DNA of 64,000 nucleotides from Octopus vulgaris (GCA_951406725.2 OX597817.1:79422001-79486000), one strand, 5' to 3'. Positions 25,737-42,359 are shown, numbered from the stretch's first letter. Numbers and translations are program-made. The notes: a model not told the origin generated them from the letters alone.

Positions 25737-26856
25737 TTACATACATACATATGCACATATATATTTACATTTACGTAGTGTATATGAATACACGTACACA
25801 TTTTTGTATGTCTGTGTGTCTGTGTGTGTACCTATGTATCATAGTATTTTTGTATGCGAATATGTGTGTTTGTGTGGATCTGCGTTTATAAATGTGTGTG
25901 TGTGTATGAGTACGTGTATATGTGTGTATGTATAAGGAAAATTTTCAATCGAATTGTTGCGTATAGTCGGACACTGTTTGATTGTGTACAATTAAATTAA
26001 ATGGAATTCTCTTTCATATAACCAGTTCTGTCTGTATCCACAATTTTGTTGTTTCAGCACATATTCTCCAATGAAACTTTAGATTAAATATCACATAAAA
26101 GTAAACATTTTAATCTAATTTTATGGTTGATGTTAAAGATCATAAGGCGACAGCATAGAAGCTATCCATTTCCTTTTGTTTTTTTCGCAATGACCTCAAC
26201 GAATTTATGAGAGTCACCACACGCACTACCAGAGTATAAACAATGAAACCAATATCAGATGACCGTTTGAACAATTTGTAAGCAAAAGAACACTTAACCA
26301 TGTGGGGATGTAGAAAAATAAGCCAATCATTCTTACAAGAAGTGATTTTAATATTTAATATTTCAATAATTTCTTTATTAACCACTAAAGGTTAATACTT
26401 AGTGTTATAATATATACCATAACCATAAACTTCACCTTATGAGTGGTTTAATTTTAAACAAGTCAATATATAATCCAATGTACGCGTAGCTGTAACGTGA
26501 TAAGTTTGCTCCCAACCATATGGTTCTGGGTCAGTTCCCCTACGTGGCACCTTGGTCTTCTATTATAGCTCTAGGATGACCAAAACTTTTGTAGCTGGAT
26601 TTGGTTGACGGAAACTGAAAGAAGCCTGTCGTATATATTTATATATATATATATATATATGAAAAATTGAGAAAGGAGACAAATAACCAGGATGTTATTA
26701 AAATATTTATATCTTCATATATTGTACATACATTTCGATATATGCATTCAAAATACGTCCGACAGGAAGAATTATGGTCAGCTATACATCAATCCCATCA
26801 AAAAGGATATAAACAACAACATTCATCAAATAGACATTTTACAGACATAAGAAACC

Positions 26857-27072
<216 letters not shown>

Positions 27073-27894
27073 ACATGCATACATGCATATCATATATGCG
27101 TGTATATATATACGTGTATATTATATGCGTATATAAATATATATATATATATACGTGCATATAGTCATGTATATAATATATACACATCAATGCGTACTTA
27201 TATGCATACCTATACACATACAAACCACACATAAAATGCACTTCAGCTTTGCTCAAATGAGGAAAATGTCGATCGTCTTTTGGCTCTTTGAAAGAATGAC
27301 GTTCATCTTGAAATTTTACCTCGTGGCCTGATGATCAACAGAAAAATTTACTTGGATGCTGCTAGGCATTTGGAACAGGTAGTACGAAAAAAGAGGTGTG
27401 AATCATGTGTAAAGAACATTTGAATGTAGTGTCCAGATTATGTGTATGCATGCCTCAAGCATCACACCACCTGAGAAAATATTGCGACAATTCGCCTTTC
27501 CAACGAAACAATTTAAAAACGATCACGTTTAAATCCTTATCTGTGAATTTTGGAAAAGCACGCAAAGACTTACGTTCCCTGCACCACACACCACCACTCT
27601 AATTTCTGGATTTGGTTCCTGTTAAGTTTTTGGTTAGCAAAAATGAAATCACTCTCAAAGAGAGGGTTTTTAATTTTGCTAGGATAAAAGAGAACGAATA
27701 TCTCTACAAGAATTGCGTGTTTCATAATTAGTGGGAGAAAAAGAGAAACAGCACGATTGGTAAGTGGACTGAAGGAACTGGTTTGGGAGGAAACAAGTCT
27801 GACGAAATGGCATGTATGCACACAGTACTGAAAATGTTTGGGGCAGGCAAAACGGAAACGAAACGTGGAGATAGAAAGTATTGTACAATATACC

Positions 27895-28110
27895 GGTTTC
27901 AAATTTTGGCCCAAGGCCGGCAATTTTGAGTAGGGGGGATAAGTCGATTACATTGACTCTTGGTGTTTAACTGGTACTTGTTTTATCAATTCCAAAAGGA
28001 TGAAAGACAAAGCTGACGTCGGTAAAATTTTAACTCGGAACATAAAGACGGACAAAATGTCACTCATTATTTTGCTTGGTGTGCTAAACATTTGGCCAGC
28101 TCGCCACCTT
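27895..28110 (-). mobile_element. SINE family A copy
   Basis: Reverse complement of consensus. Confidence 0.75.
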
Positions 28111-29559
28111 AGAAATATGGTACAATATCTTATCTTCATTGCCTTATTTTCTTTTCCTTTCTGTTTCCTTGTTTTTCTTTTTTGTTGTTGTTTCTTGGTT
28201 AGGGAATTTCTATTGCTTCGAGAGTATTTTACTCCTGTCCATCTCCCATTCCCTCCCCTATCGTTTTGCGACGAAAGAACGTTGTTAATGGCTTGAGTCA
28301 TGCAGGTGACTTCTGATCGTTTATTCCTCGTACTACGGATGAGGTTATTTCTTTCGGTATCTTCGTAACTATGGCCTTAGAGTTCTGGAAAGACAGAGTC
28401 CGAGAAACGCTACAATTGCATTTCTACTTCTGCTGTGTTTTCTTCCCCATCTTTCTTCTAAAGATCTTCTAGATAGGAAGCGCTCGTGTGACTCGTTTAA
28501 TGTTAACTTTTTTGCTCTGTACTAACAACCTCGTCGCTTTTCCATCTGCTACCACAATTTTGCGATAGCTCTATCTCTCTCGGTAATTGATCTTCCTACT
28601 GTAGTTGATTCAAGCAAATCACAACCTATTTAATTTAATCCCATGTTGCTTAGCACTCTCTACTTAATTGCATTGTGTCGCAGAGATGTATTCGAACCAA
28701 AGTTCAGCGTCACCAGCATTTTCTCTAGCTGTGACTCTCGTGCTACGTTGTCCAGTATTTTGCTTAACTAGCTAATGTACAGGTGTATGAACTAGCATTT
28801 CTGCCTATTCCCTAACCACATCCTATATGTCGAAGTCCAGAAAGATATCGTCAAAATATTTCTTCAACTATTCCTTTGTTGGCAAATGAAAGATTATTCA
28901 CGCTTTTTGAATCAGAAGTAACTTCTCTCTTTCCACTTAACAATTTTCAATTTTAAACAAATACATATTGCAAGTAAACACTCCCTTTTGTGTTTACTTA
29001 ATTAATTAATTTGACCCATGTTTAAAGCTTTCTTTGGGATTGTAATGCTTGCAAAGGAATTGATTGTACGTCTATGAGTATCGTACAGATTTGCGTTGCG
29101 ATTGTTTTTCTGATTAGAACTTTTATTTAAACCGTGCAAGTTCGTAATTTTTGTGACTTCTATTTGTGGTTGTGTCTCTTTATTTAATTGTCATGTTTTC
29201 TATTGATCTTATTTCTAAATATTTGTGTATTATGTTTTAAATTCGCTTTTGTGTGTTCAAAAGTAATAATTATTATTTTGTGGGAGGTGTATCAAATGTT
29301 AATTTCTTTGTTGTTAATACATCTTCCGTCTCCACCTTATGACAAATAACATATTGAACTAATTGTAAGTACAAAAAATAATTTAAAACGAACAAAAAAC
29401 ATTGTTTAAATGGCAGACCATTTGTCTACCCCACTGTATAGAATAGATATCAGCTTATTCTGAAAAAACTGTTTGAAATTGTTTGACAATAACTAGTAAG
29501 ACGGTAATAATCTAGTTTCCTCGCAACGGTTTAAAACTAAGCCTATTTTCATCAAAACA

Positions 29560-31830
<2,271 letters not shown>

Positions 31831-32167
31831 TGTTTTCAACAGATGTGCTAAAAGTTAATGGAGTTGTATGCTTTATGCACATTATCTTTTTAAAAAACAA
31901 ACTATTTGAATTTGTTTTTGCGCTTAGATAATGTGTAGCTTTAACATAACATTTACACGAACATATCTGACTATACATATACATATATATATATATATAC
32001 ATAAACACACACACATATATATATACACCCACACATACATATACATAAATATGTGTATGTACATGGTGTGTAAATATACGCACAATCATAGATTTATGTG
32101 CGTGTATGTGTGTGTTTGTGTACCTAATTTTCGTAATTATGTAAATATGCACATACTTTGTATGTGG

Positions 32168-32246
<79 letters not shown>

Positions 32247-32471
32247 TGTGTTCACACGTACACACATAGATAAAACATAAATACGTAAAAATGCACATAT
32301 ATGAAACCATTCACAGGTGCGCAAGAATACACATCTCCCTCTTTCTCCTTTGTATTTCTCTCGTTATCTCTCTTTATCTCTAAATGTGCGCGAGTGTAAA
32401 TGTGTATGAATACGTATATATGGAAATGTTTATGTCTCTATTCTCTTGCACAGTGTATAACTATAAATCTT

Positions 32472-32527
<56 letters not shown>

Positions 32528-33519
32528 TATATATTTATACACACATACATATATACATATACATACATACACACACATTAACACATGTTAGCATTAAATT
32601 GGCTTTGAACACGTTACTATTCCATACCTAGCAATTATTCGTATTATAATATGGGTTGCTTGTCAATTACATTCTTGATATTTTTATATATATATTGATG
32701 AAAAAAATTTCGTTTTTGATGTTCCTGTAATGATTTCATTAGACTCTACACCTGTTTTTAGTTTGTAACTTACGTCCTCATGTAATTATAGCAGATTCAT
32801 TGGTTATTCATCATCACCATCATTATCTTCAATGTCATCACTATCATCATCGTCAGCGATGTCATCATTGTCAAATTTATTTGTATCACCTGCTTTTACT
32901 CCTGTTGTGAACTGTGATTAGATCCATATCATCTCTAATCTACTTCAAGTATGACCTAAGCCATCATAATCCTAACCATCCATCTTTTGTTTCTTCGTTC
33001 TTTTCTTCTTTCTTCATGTGCAATCTTGGAGTATAGGTGCAGGCTTAGGCATGCGGTTAAGAGTGTTTGCTTTGCAACCGTGTGATTTCAGGTTTGATCT
33101 TACTGAGCCTCAGCTGGACCGTGTGCAAATGTCTTCTAATATAGCCCCAAACAGACCAATGCTTTATGAGTGAATTTGATGCATGGAAACTGAGAAATTC
33201 CCATTCAGTGTGTGTGTAGAGAGAGAGAGAATGAGAGAGAGAGAGAGAAAGACAATGTGGAATAGTATTTAACTGCTATAGTGGAATAGTATTTAACTGC
33301 TATTTCTAAATTTCGGTATGTGGTGAAGCAATTTTGCTGAACCCTAATTATAATTATGCTCATAATTATAGAATTTTTGTATAAGTTTACCGATAATGGT
33401 TCTTTTAACATACCGAACTATTTGGTAAAATTATCAATTATTAATTGATTAATTAATTTTACCCTTTATTATTATTGATAATATATAGAGAGATAGATAT
33501 TGATGTATACGTATACTCA

Positions 33520-33581
<62 letters not shown>

Positions 33582-33720
33582 TATATATATATGTGTATAT
33601 ATGTATGTTGTATTTCAGGATGGTCAGTTTTTGTTTTTGCCAAATAAACATACGCACTCTCTATTTGTTCTTCCCTCGTTTATTATTGTTCTTATTTTTT
33701 TTGTTTTAACTAATGTCCAT

Positions 33721-33765
33721 TGTCCGGAAATCTTTCGTCACACATCTGTGACCTCTTCAGCGACA
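33721..33765 (-). ncRNA. Hammerhead ribozyme motif, canonical core
   Basis: UGUCG CUGAAGA G GUCACA-gaug-UGUGAC GAAA GAUU UC^ CGgACA. Confidence 0.75.
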
Positions 33766-34284
33766 CTTTTCGTTTTCGTGTGTGGTCTTGCTCCACTTAC
33801 TCCAATTTGTTCTTCTAAGATGTGTATTCTTATGTGTGCATGCATTTGCATCCGCGCGTGTGTGTGTGAGTGTATGCTTGGGTGTGTGTGTGTGATTGTT
33901 CTTAGCAGCAATATGGCCTTCCCCTCAGCTCCATCCTCTCAACCCATTGTGCAGCTACTGTCCTAAGACCCGAAGATTCGGTACCGTTTTTGTATCTCTC
34001 TGTTTGTGTTCGCACACGCTGTTGCCATCGTGGTAGTTGTTATTGTTGTTGTTGTTGTTATTTTTATCGTTGTCGCCGCCTCTGCTGCTGTCGCTGTCAT
34101 TCGTGTTGTTGATATTGTTGTGGCCGTCCGTGAAATTTCCTGTATGTGTGCTTGTGTGTGCATGGGTTCGCTTCGTATGTTGTTTGTATCCATGCCATTT
34201 ATATAGATTTATTTATTTATTTTATCTATCTATATTTCTTATATTTATCACAGGTATGTGACAAATATATCTATTTATTTACAT

Positions 34285-34668
34285 ACTCTTTCAGTCATTT
34301 GACTGCGGCCATGCTGGAGCACCGCATTTAATCGAGCGACTCGACACCGGGACTTATTCTTTTGTAAGCCCAGTGCTTATTCTATCGGTCTCTTTTGCTG
34401 AACCGCTAAGTTACGAGGACGTAAACACACCAGCATCGGTTGTCAAGCAATGCTAGGGGGACAAACACAGACACACAAACATATACACACATACATATAT
34501 ATATACGACAGGCTTCTTTCAGTTTCCGTCTACCAAATCCACTCACAAGGCATTGGTCGGCCCAGGGCTATAGCAGAAGACACTTGCCCAAGATGCCACG
34601 CAGTGGGACTGAACCCGGAACCATATGGTTGGTTAGCAAGCTACTTACCACACAGCCACTTTTGCGCC
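34285..34668 (-). mobile_element. SINE family B copy nested in the palindromic element
   Basis: Reverse complement of family B consensus. Confidence 0.8.
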
Positions 34669-34991
34669 TTTATTTATCTTTTATTTTTAGCAGTTATTTT
34701 TTATTTATCTATCTCTTTTATTGTATGTATCACAGGAAAGTGCATATATGCCTATTGTGCGTGTATTACCCTGTATGTATCTGTGTATTATTTACGATGT
34801 TTTCCCCTCTCTCTTCTCTTCACTTCTGTCTTTAGTTCATGTGGTGTGGTGGGGTGGTGGGTGTTACTGTTCCATTTGCGTTTGTTAATGAGGCTCTATC
34901 TGTCTAGTGCTATATGTGTAGCCTCTGTGGTCGAAGTGTCGTGTCAGTTGTATGCGTTGATAGACGCAAAAGCACACATGAAAACGAAAAT

Positions 34992-35036
34992 TGTCGCCGA
35001 AGAGGTCACAGAGGTGTGACGAAAGATTTCCGGAGA
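34992..35036 (+). ncRNA. Hammerhead ribozyme motif (U4>C)
   Basis: UGUCG CCGAAGA G GUCACA-gagg-UGUGAC GAAA GAUU UC^ CGgAga. Confidence 0.6.
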
Positions 35037-36076
35037 ATGGACATGAGATAGAATAAAAAAAAAAGAATAGTAATAAACGAGTGAAGAGCAAATATATTGT
35101 GCATGTGTTTATTTGGTAACAAAAAAATGACCGTCCTGAAATACAACAATATCTGTTTCAACACACGATTTCACAATAGGAAACTTGCTACACAAATTGA
35201 TAAACGAATATATATATTTATATATTTATATATATATATTCCTCCTTTTATTCTTTCTTTTAAAACTAGGTATTCAGTGGGTAGAAAATATGCGTTCAAT
35301 CTCTCCAAGGAGTGTATTGTTTGCTGATATGAGGCATTATTTTGTAATAAATCTGTTATGATAAATCCTTTTGTTTCGACAGCCTCTTTCAAAAAAAAAA
35401 CATCATCACATTCACCATATATCCCTAGTTACTGCTGTTGTCTTTGTTGTTATTTATCCCCAAATCAGTATTGAGTAATAATCAAAACTAAGATAACTTT
35501 GAAGATCTCTATAACTGCTTTCACCCTTTTGTTACCGTATTTTTGGTAACAAGCTTTGTGCTACGGACGCTGAAACTGCCAGCTCATCCTATCATAGAAG
35601 AGATGAGGTGCAACGAAACCACATAGTTCTGGCGCCCGCAGCAGACGATTCACGTTTACTAGTGATATAAATAATTGTGCCTTTATGCATTTTATGCATA
35701 ATGCGTTCATATGAAAACTTCTCTGAAAGTAAACATCGCAGTATTCGGCGTTCTAACATAACATCCACGTTAAGTTGGATATAAAGATTGTCTTTTTGTA
35801 ATAATACTGCTTCTGTTGTTTATAATTAGTTTTGTTGCACCCAGTTTCAATTGATTTTGAAAAGTGATGAAAAATATTGTAAAATAACGTTGTCATTATG
35901 AAGCTAGTGTTTGGAACAAATTAATATAATATTTTGATGGAAGGTTTTAATTTGGATCTCTATAAGACAGGAAGTCCGAATCATGGAATCAGGAGTTGTT
36001 TCAGGACGATTGGTATCGAATATGTTAATCGTATTTTATCTTTTACTGTATTTTTGTTTTTAATATAGTCGCAATT

Positions 36077-36292
36077 AAGACTGCGAGCTTGAAGAATCGT
36101 TAGCACGCCGAGCAAAATGTTTAGCGGCATTCCATCGGTCTGCACGTTATGAGTTCAAATCCCGCCAATGTCGACTTTGCTTTTCATCCTTTTGGTGTTG
36201 ATAAAATAAGTAACTATTGAACACTGGGGTCGATGTATCCGACTTAGCCGCTTACCTGAAATTGCTGGCCTTGTGCCAAAATTTGAAACCAA
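36077..36292 (+). mobile_element. SINE family A copy
   Basis: Matches consensus; aatatagtc/aatatagcc flanks. Confidence 0.8.
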
Positions 36293-37799
36293 TATAGCCA
36301 AAATTATATTTCAATGTTCAAGTTTTTCCAGTTGAAGTGAAAAAATACTTAAAACAATAGTTACTCTGTCTCTGTGTGACTAGGTCAATTCCTTTCATGC
36401 CAGCCTGCCAGAGACTACTCCTCCTGGTTCTATGATTCAAACTTTCTGTTTTAAAGGGATCTAAATCTAAAACCTCCCTTCAAAATTTCCTGCTAATTTA
36501 TACTCCAAAACACCAGCTTCATGATGATAAAGTTATTTTTATTCATTTCTTCATTTCTTTCAAAATTAATTGAAAAAGAGGCTGTGTATTTCAGTAGAAA
36601 TAGAACAATAGGGATGAAATAACTGAATTACCACACAAACATACTCAAACACATATACAACACACAGACACAAAGACGCAATTACACATTCTGGAGATCA
36701 TTAAAATAAAATATAACTGCACGGCTGAGTATACCAATACTTAGTAGTACTCTACTATTCTACTGACAGTATATCTGTTTGACTTCTCTTTTTCTACTTC
36801 AACAATGGTATTTGCTACTTGAAATAACAAACGGCGTACCATCCCCAAACAAAATTCATGTTACACCTATCCTCTTCCCATTATCCATACTGTGTCGCCT
36901 CCTCAAATACTTGATTACAATATTTTAACAAATCCTTCTTTCCTAGAAATACAAAACAAATGCGACCCCAAACTCCATTGAGCATATTTTCACTATTAAC
37001 ATTCAACCTGTGGATCAGTTGAAAATAAAAGCAAATAAATACGACCACACTGAAATGGTTTGTAAAGGTTTCTGGTATTGGACTCTGACACTCTTCTTGG
37101 ATTAAATAATAACAATAAATAAATAAATCAAACAAAAATCTAGCTTCTGTTCATATCTGTCAATTTCTTTATCACAGGCTCATGACCATCTTCTCGCTAA
37201 ATTTGTCTCTGGAATAGAGCCAAGATTTTGTAATCTAACCACTCGCCTTCATCATCATACGTACATCTTCTCCTGACAACAAGATCTGCTATAATCCGAG
37301 ATAATCCCAGGAATTCAAGAAGATTAGTGATTTCCTGTATCAGCTATTCGAGAATGCAGCAAAGGAATTAATATACGTTGGAATGTTATGAAGAGAAGTA
37401 AACCTTGGAACCGTTTCTGTTCACACAGCTAGTCCATCAAGAATGTCCTTTCTTATTACTTTTGCATGTGTTAGCTTTTGGTTTTGGTATCTCTCCTTTC
37501 AATCAGTGTAAAGCTTCATTCTCTATTGTGTTCCTTTCTTTGTACTGTCTGCAACATCTTTAAAACTTTGTAGCTCATTACGAAATTGTTATTAGTCGTA
37601 ACAGTATTGAGGCGGCGAGCCAGAAAAATCATTAACCGTACCAGACAGATGATTAGTGTCATTTCTTCCGGATTTTCTCCTTTAAGGCTCGATGAAATAA
37701 ATATAAGTTGAGCACTGGGGTCAGTGTAATTCATTTCAACCTCCCCTAAATTTTCTGGCCCTGTGCCAAAATTTGAAACCGTCATTATTATTATTATTG

Positions 37800-38164
37800 T
37801 TGAGTGAGAGTTCAGTGCATGCCATCAAAATGTCACTGGGTTAAAATATACGAAGCCCAGTATACCCATCATAACTACCCGTCTGATAAGGGTACACCAG
37901 CCACATGCATCACAACCATATGTGCACGACATGGTGATCTCATATCAAGATAAACAGCATATGACATTACAAGTAGGGCCCAGTTCGTATTTTCGTCAGG
38001 TCGAGTAGCCCATCCCGCTCAAAAGGTCCCTGAATAAGGGTTGTTTAAGAATGTTGAACGAAACACCCATGTTTTCAGAGGTAAATTATTCAAGCCCCAA
38101 GGATTTCCTCTCAACACATGGCTATGATGCTCTCACAATACTTCTGCTCGTGATCAGAGATGCA

Positions 38165-38165
<1 letters not shown>
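37800..38165 (+). mobile_element. (ATT)n-associated interspersed repeat family D, truncated
   Basis: Highly similar to 50100-50465; (ATT)n on both sides. Confidence 0.8.
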
Positions 38166-38247
<82 letters not shown>

Positions 38248-38479
38248 AAAGGTATCCTCATAAAATCACATTCTTGACAATTTTTGGTTGTTACAGAGGG
38301 ATTGACATAGGTTTATATAAAGCTTCATTCTTACATACGCAAATGAGAGAGTGGAGAACATGGAATGATGGAACAAATACAACCTAGTGATACTTAAATC
38401 TAATTCATCGTAGCACAATGGAATATTCACAGTACTAAGAGCTAAAAGGTTCCAAGTTGCAGGCATGTTTGGTTCTATA

Positions 38480-40110
38480 AATTTTCAAAAAAGTGGAATG
38501 GAATTTATGACTACATGAGGGAATCGCATCAGAGAAATTATTTAATGTGTTTAAACTGTATGATCTAAGGATAATGTATGAGTCCCTTTTATATAACCTG
38601 CATCTATTCGAACAAGCACTATAAGGGCTCCTTAATTATGGACCAGGGTAAAGTATGGTACTGCTATCTCTTAGGTAGTGTATGGAGGCGCAATGGCCCA
38701 GTGGTTAGGGCAGCGGACTCGCGGTCATAGGATCGCGGTTTCGATTCCCAGACCGGGCGTTGTGAGTGTTTATTGAGCGAAAACACCTAAAGCTCCACGA
38801 GGCTCCGGCAGGGGATGGTGGTGATTCCTGCTGTACTCTTTCACCACAACTTTCTCTCACTCTTACTTCCTGTTTCTGTTGTACCTGTATTTCAAATAGC
38901 CGGCCTTGTCACTCTCTGTGTCACGCTGAATATCCCCGAGAACTACGTTAAGGGTAAACGTGTCTGTGGAGTGCTCAGTCACTTACACGTTAATTTCACG
39001 AGCAGGCTGTTCCGTTGATTCGGATCAACCGGAACCCTCATCGTCGTAACCGACGGAGTGCTTCCATCCAGGTAGTGTATATACGGGGCGAGAGTCGTTG
39101 AACTTTTATACTTAACTTTAGCAAAGGAATTTAATTGGACTCTATATCCCCTCTTAAAATCAGCAGTGCTTCCTATATAAACCTTAGTTTTTTGGTTGTC
39201 TACGTTTACTGTACGCATACACAGCACATTTTCCCTAAGATATGAACCGGCAAGTGGACATGATTCAGGGGCTCTACAGCTACATGTTTTTTTAAAAATT
39301 GTTCTGCTTGCATTCCTATTATTGTCTTTGTGCTTTATCGTTTTTTTATAATTTTTACAGGTGGGTTGTTCGGATGTGCAACTACCAAAGGTTCACGTAG
39401 ACTAACATCATTAAATTTAGATTTACTTAGATTTATTATTCTACATTTGTTATTATTACCAGGACCTACATTAGGTACATTATTAGTGTTAGAGTCCTTA
39501 TTCGATTGAAGTTTTATTTAACTTCTATTTATGGAAGCTATAATAGATTCTAGATTAGACATTACGGAGTAAGAAAATTTAATCGAAGATTTATTACAAA
39601 TCGAGTAATACTTGTGGTGCTTTAGAAAATTAGCCTTCAAGATCTTGAAAAACAACTTAGACAAGTTCTTAACACTAAGAGAAAAAAGGGAGGGAGCAAA
39701 CCAGATTATTTCGCGTTTTCTAGAATTGGATTGTATAAACATGTTAATCTTTTCAGAATGAAGATGTTTAAACCTATTATATTCATTATATTTATTACTA
39801 GATTGTATTCCACTAGGTATGATATGATTAACATGTGGTTTATTTATATCTATGCTTATCAATACAAGGTTTGCGCTAATAATTTTAGAAATAGAGTTAG
39901 GAGATATACTTGCTAATTTTCTTTTAAGTTTAGTGTTAGGTATGTAAAAAAGTTGATCATTAAAACCACTTAGTTTCAAGGCGTTATTGTAAACCGGAGC
40001 ATGTTAATTAAAGATCTCCTCGTTGGCAGATAAACTTGAGATTCTAATGGCAATAGCTGTAACAATGCTGTTGATAGTTAATCCTAGGGGCTTTTTTTCA
40101 TCTTTTCTAC
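38480..40110 (-). mobile_element. Decayed Penelope-like retroelement (RT thumb/linker + GIY-YIG endonuclease)
   Basis: Minus-strand peptides YNNALKLSGF, KREIIWFAPSLFSLSVKNLSKLFFKILKANFLKHHKYYSICNKSSIKFSYSVMSNLESII, KVYIGSTADFKRGY..STTLAPYI, and WSIIK..NRCRL..SCSHK match PLE linker/GIY-YIG motifs. Confidence 0.85.
38683..39069 (+). mobile_element. Young tRNA-derived SINE (family C) inserted in the GIY-YIG domain
   Basis: Highly similar to 22681-23068; TSD aggtagtgta(t) at 38673 and 39070. Confidence 0.9.
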
Positions 40111-40358
40111 TGCCGGTTCAGAAGGCCATGGGTGGCAAGGAGCTGCTATGTATTTTTATGTATATTTATATTTTTAAAACTATATGTCGATATGTATTAA
40201 TATATATCGTGAAGTATATACCTCGCTCAGAGATTTATTATTGTTCATTAATATATATATATATACGCATTTTAAGTCGAATTTATAACTGTACGAGTAT
40301 GTAAAAACGTTGACTGCCTACTTTGAGTTTTTACTTTAAATCTTGTGTGTGTGTGTGT

Positions 40359-40409
<51 letters not shown>

Positions 40410-40540
40410 TGTGTATAAGAGGGTATTGTAGTTCGCTGGAAGCATTCTGAGTTGTTTGTAAAATGTAGCATGTCTGGAATGGCACAACAATGTGGAGTGG
40501 ACTAAAATAAGTGTTATAAATAATTTAATTATTCATAGTC

Positions 40541-40584
40541 TAATATAATATTTCGGAATATAAAAATTCCTTCTTCAGATATTA
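40541..40584 (-). ncRNA. Minimal type-I hammerhead ribozyme, canonical core
   Basis: UAAUAU CUGAAGA A GGAAU-uuuuau-AUUCC GAAA UA UU^ AUAUUA; 6-bp stem I, palindromic stem III AUAU. Confidence 0.8.
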
Positions 40585-41329
40585 CTAGGAAGTAATGGAG
40601 TCAATGTTATAGTTGGTTTTCCAACGGTGACTGAAATCTATCGGAAGCTTCCCTGCACTGATCTCACGAAGCTCCTTTCAGAATTCCTCATGAGAAGTGC
40701 GTGAGGGTAGCCATGTCTCGAGCTCGATGGGTTGGCATATCCGGAGCGCTGCTTCCAAGTTATGTACTATACGTGCATTTATTTATTTATTTTTTTATAT
40801 AATGTTTTGTTACATGAGCATGTTACCATCGGGCGTACATGGTTCGATGTTGTTAAATAATATAGTGATTTTTAATTTCCAATCTGTTGTTAAATTGGGG
40901 TCCTAGCCTGTCTATGAGTATAGCCTTTGTTAAATAATATGATGATTATTAATTTCCAACCTGTTGTTCATTTGGAGCCCTAGTCTGTCTATGATGTTAA
41001 ATAATATAGTGATTGTTAATTTCCAACCTGTTGTCGAAATTAACAATCACTATATTATTTAACAATATCGACACCCTGCACACACGATGGTAACATGCTG
41101 ATGTAACAAAACATTATATAAAAAAATATAAAAATTTAAAATGTACGTATAACTTGAAAGCAGCGCACCGGATATGCCAACACATACGAGCTCGAGACAT
41201 GACCGCCCTCATGCACTTCTCATGAGGAATTCCGGAAAGAACTTCGTGAGACCACTGCAAGGACGCTTCCTATAGATTTCAGTAACTGTTGGAAAACCGA
41301 CTGTAACAGTGACTCCATTACTTCCTAGC

Positions 41330-41371
41330 AATATCTGAAGAAGGAATTTTTATATTCCGAAATATTATATT
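41330..41371 (+). ncRNA. Minimal type-I hammerhead ribozyme, canonical core
   Basis: AAUAU CUGAAGA A GGAAU-uuuuau-AUUCC GAAA UA UU^ AUAUU. Confidence 0.8.
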
Positions 41372-41485
41372 AGACTATGAATAGCTAAATTATTTATAAC
41401 AGTTATTTTAGTCCACTCCGCATTGTTGTGCCATTCCAGACACGTTACATTTCACACACATAGGTATATATATATATGTATATAC

Positions 41486-41516
<31 letters not shown>

Positions 41517-41555
41517 TGTATGTATGTATGTATGTATGTATGTATGTATGTATGT

Positions 41556-41621
<66 letters not shown>

Positions 41622-41959
41622 GTAGAAACATACAACGATGTTTAGATTTTTATGCGTATATAAGTGTGCGTGCACGCAAGTATGGTATATACGAGATCTT
41701 TTATTTAATGTTGAACGGTATTTAACGCTGTGTATAATTGTCCACTTCCCATTCGAATATTTGAACACTGATCAGACACAGTCCATTTACAGCACCTCAA
41801 CCGAAATTTTATTTTCCATCTACTGAAGTTCTCCTTCTATTGTTGAAAACGATAAAATATATGTAGACACGAACACATTGAAATATATTGTAAATCAATG
41901 AAATTTACCCTACAATCAATACACTCTCGGGTGAAAAACAACATTGGAAATAAATAACT

Positions 41960-42180
41960 GTTTCTTATTTTGGCACAAGTCCAGCAATTTTTAGGAGAGA
42001 GGGTTTAGCCTTTACCATTGACCTCAGTATTTGACTGATTCTTATTTTATCGACTACGAAACGATAAAAGACACAGTTGACTTCGGCGCATTTTGAACTC
42101 AAAAGTTAACGAGCAGGAAGAAATGCAGCTAAGGTTTTTTTGTCCGACGCGCTGGTGATTCTGCCAGCTCAGTGCCTTAA
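41960..42180 (-). mobile_element. SINE family A copy (diverged)
   Basis: Reverse complement of consensus. Confidence 0.65.
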
Positions 42181-42359
42181 CGACAAAATATCTGTAAGTT
42201 TAGTTCTGTCTTGAGTACCAGGATTCATAATTGCTGGGATTAACCTAGTTTCCAAGGCGTATAAATGGCTGGGATTGCAACACTCACCACTGAACAAGAT
42301 ACCAGTTTACCACAGAGTTAACTTCCCAAATATTACTGGAATTTGTTTATAGCTGATTG

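Larger units (their letters stand above)
33606..35148. mobile_element. Older palindromic HHR-bearing element (~180-bp diverged arms)
   Basis: 33606-33790 is inverted at 34970-35148; terminus gttgtatttcaggatggtca related to gttatatttcggaatggtca of the 23-kb element. Confidence 0.8.
40461..41452. mobile_element. ~1-kb palindromic HHR-bearing element (~415-bp arms)
   Basis: 40461-~40880 is inverted at ~41036-41452; centre has about 2.5 tandem copies of a ~70-bp unit (tgttaaataatatagtgat...). Confidence 0.9.

Noticed and set aside
26661-26857. Island next to (TA)n with minus-strand cgaaatgta, a possible HHR 3' half
   Set aside because: No convincing CUGANGA box or stem I
28140-29330. Non-repetitive, CpG-containing stretch that may be an old TE ORF
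   Set aside because: No diagnostic motif recognised in the frames examined
40850-41035. Short direct repeats resembling an array
   Set aside because: Tandem ~70-bp units without unique spacers in eukaryotic DNA; not CRISPR
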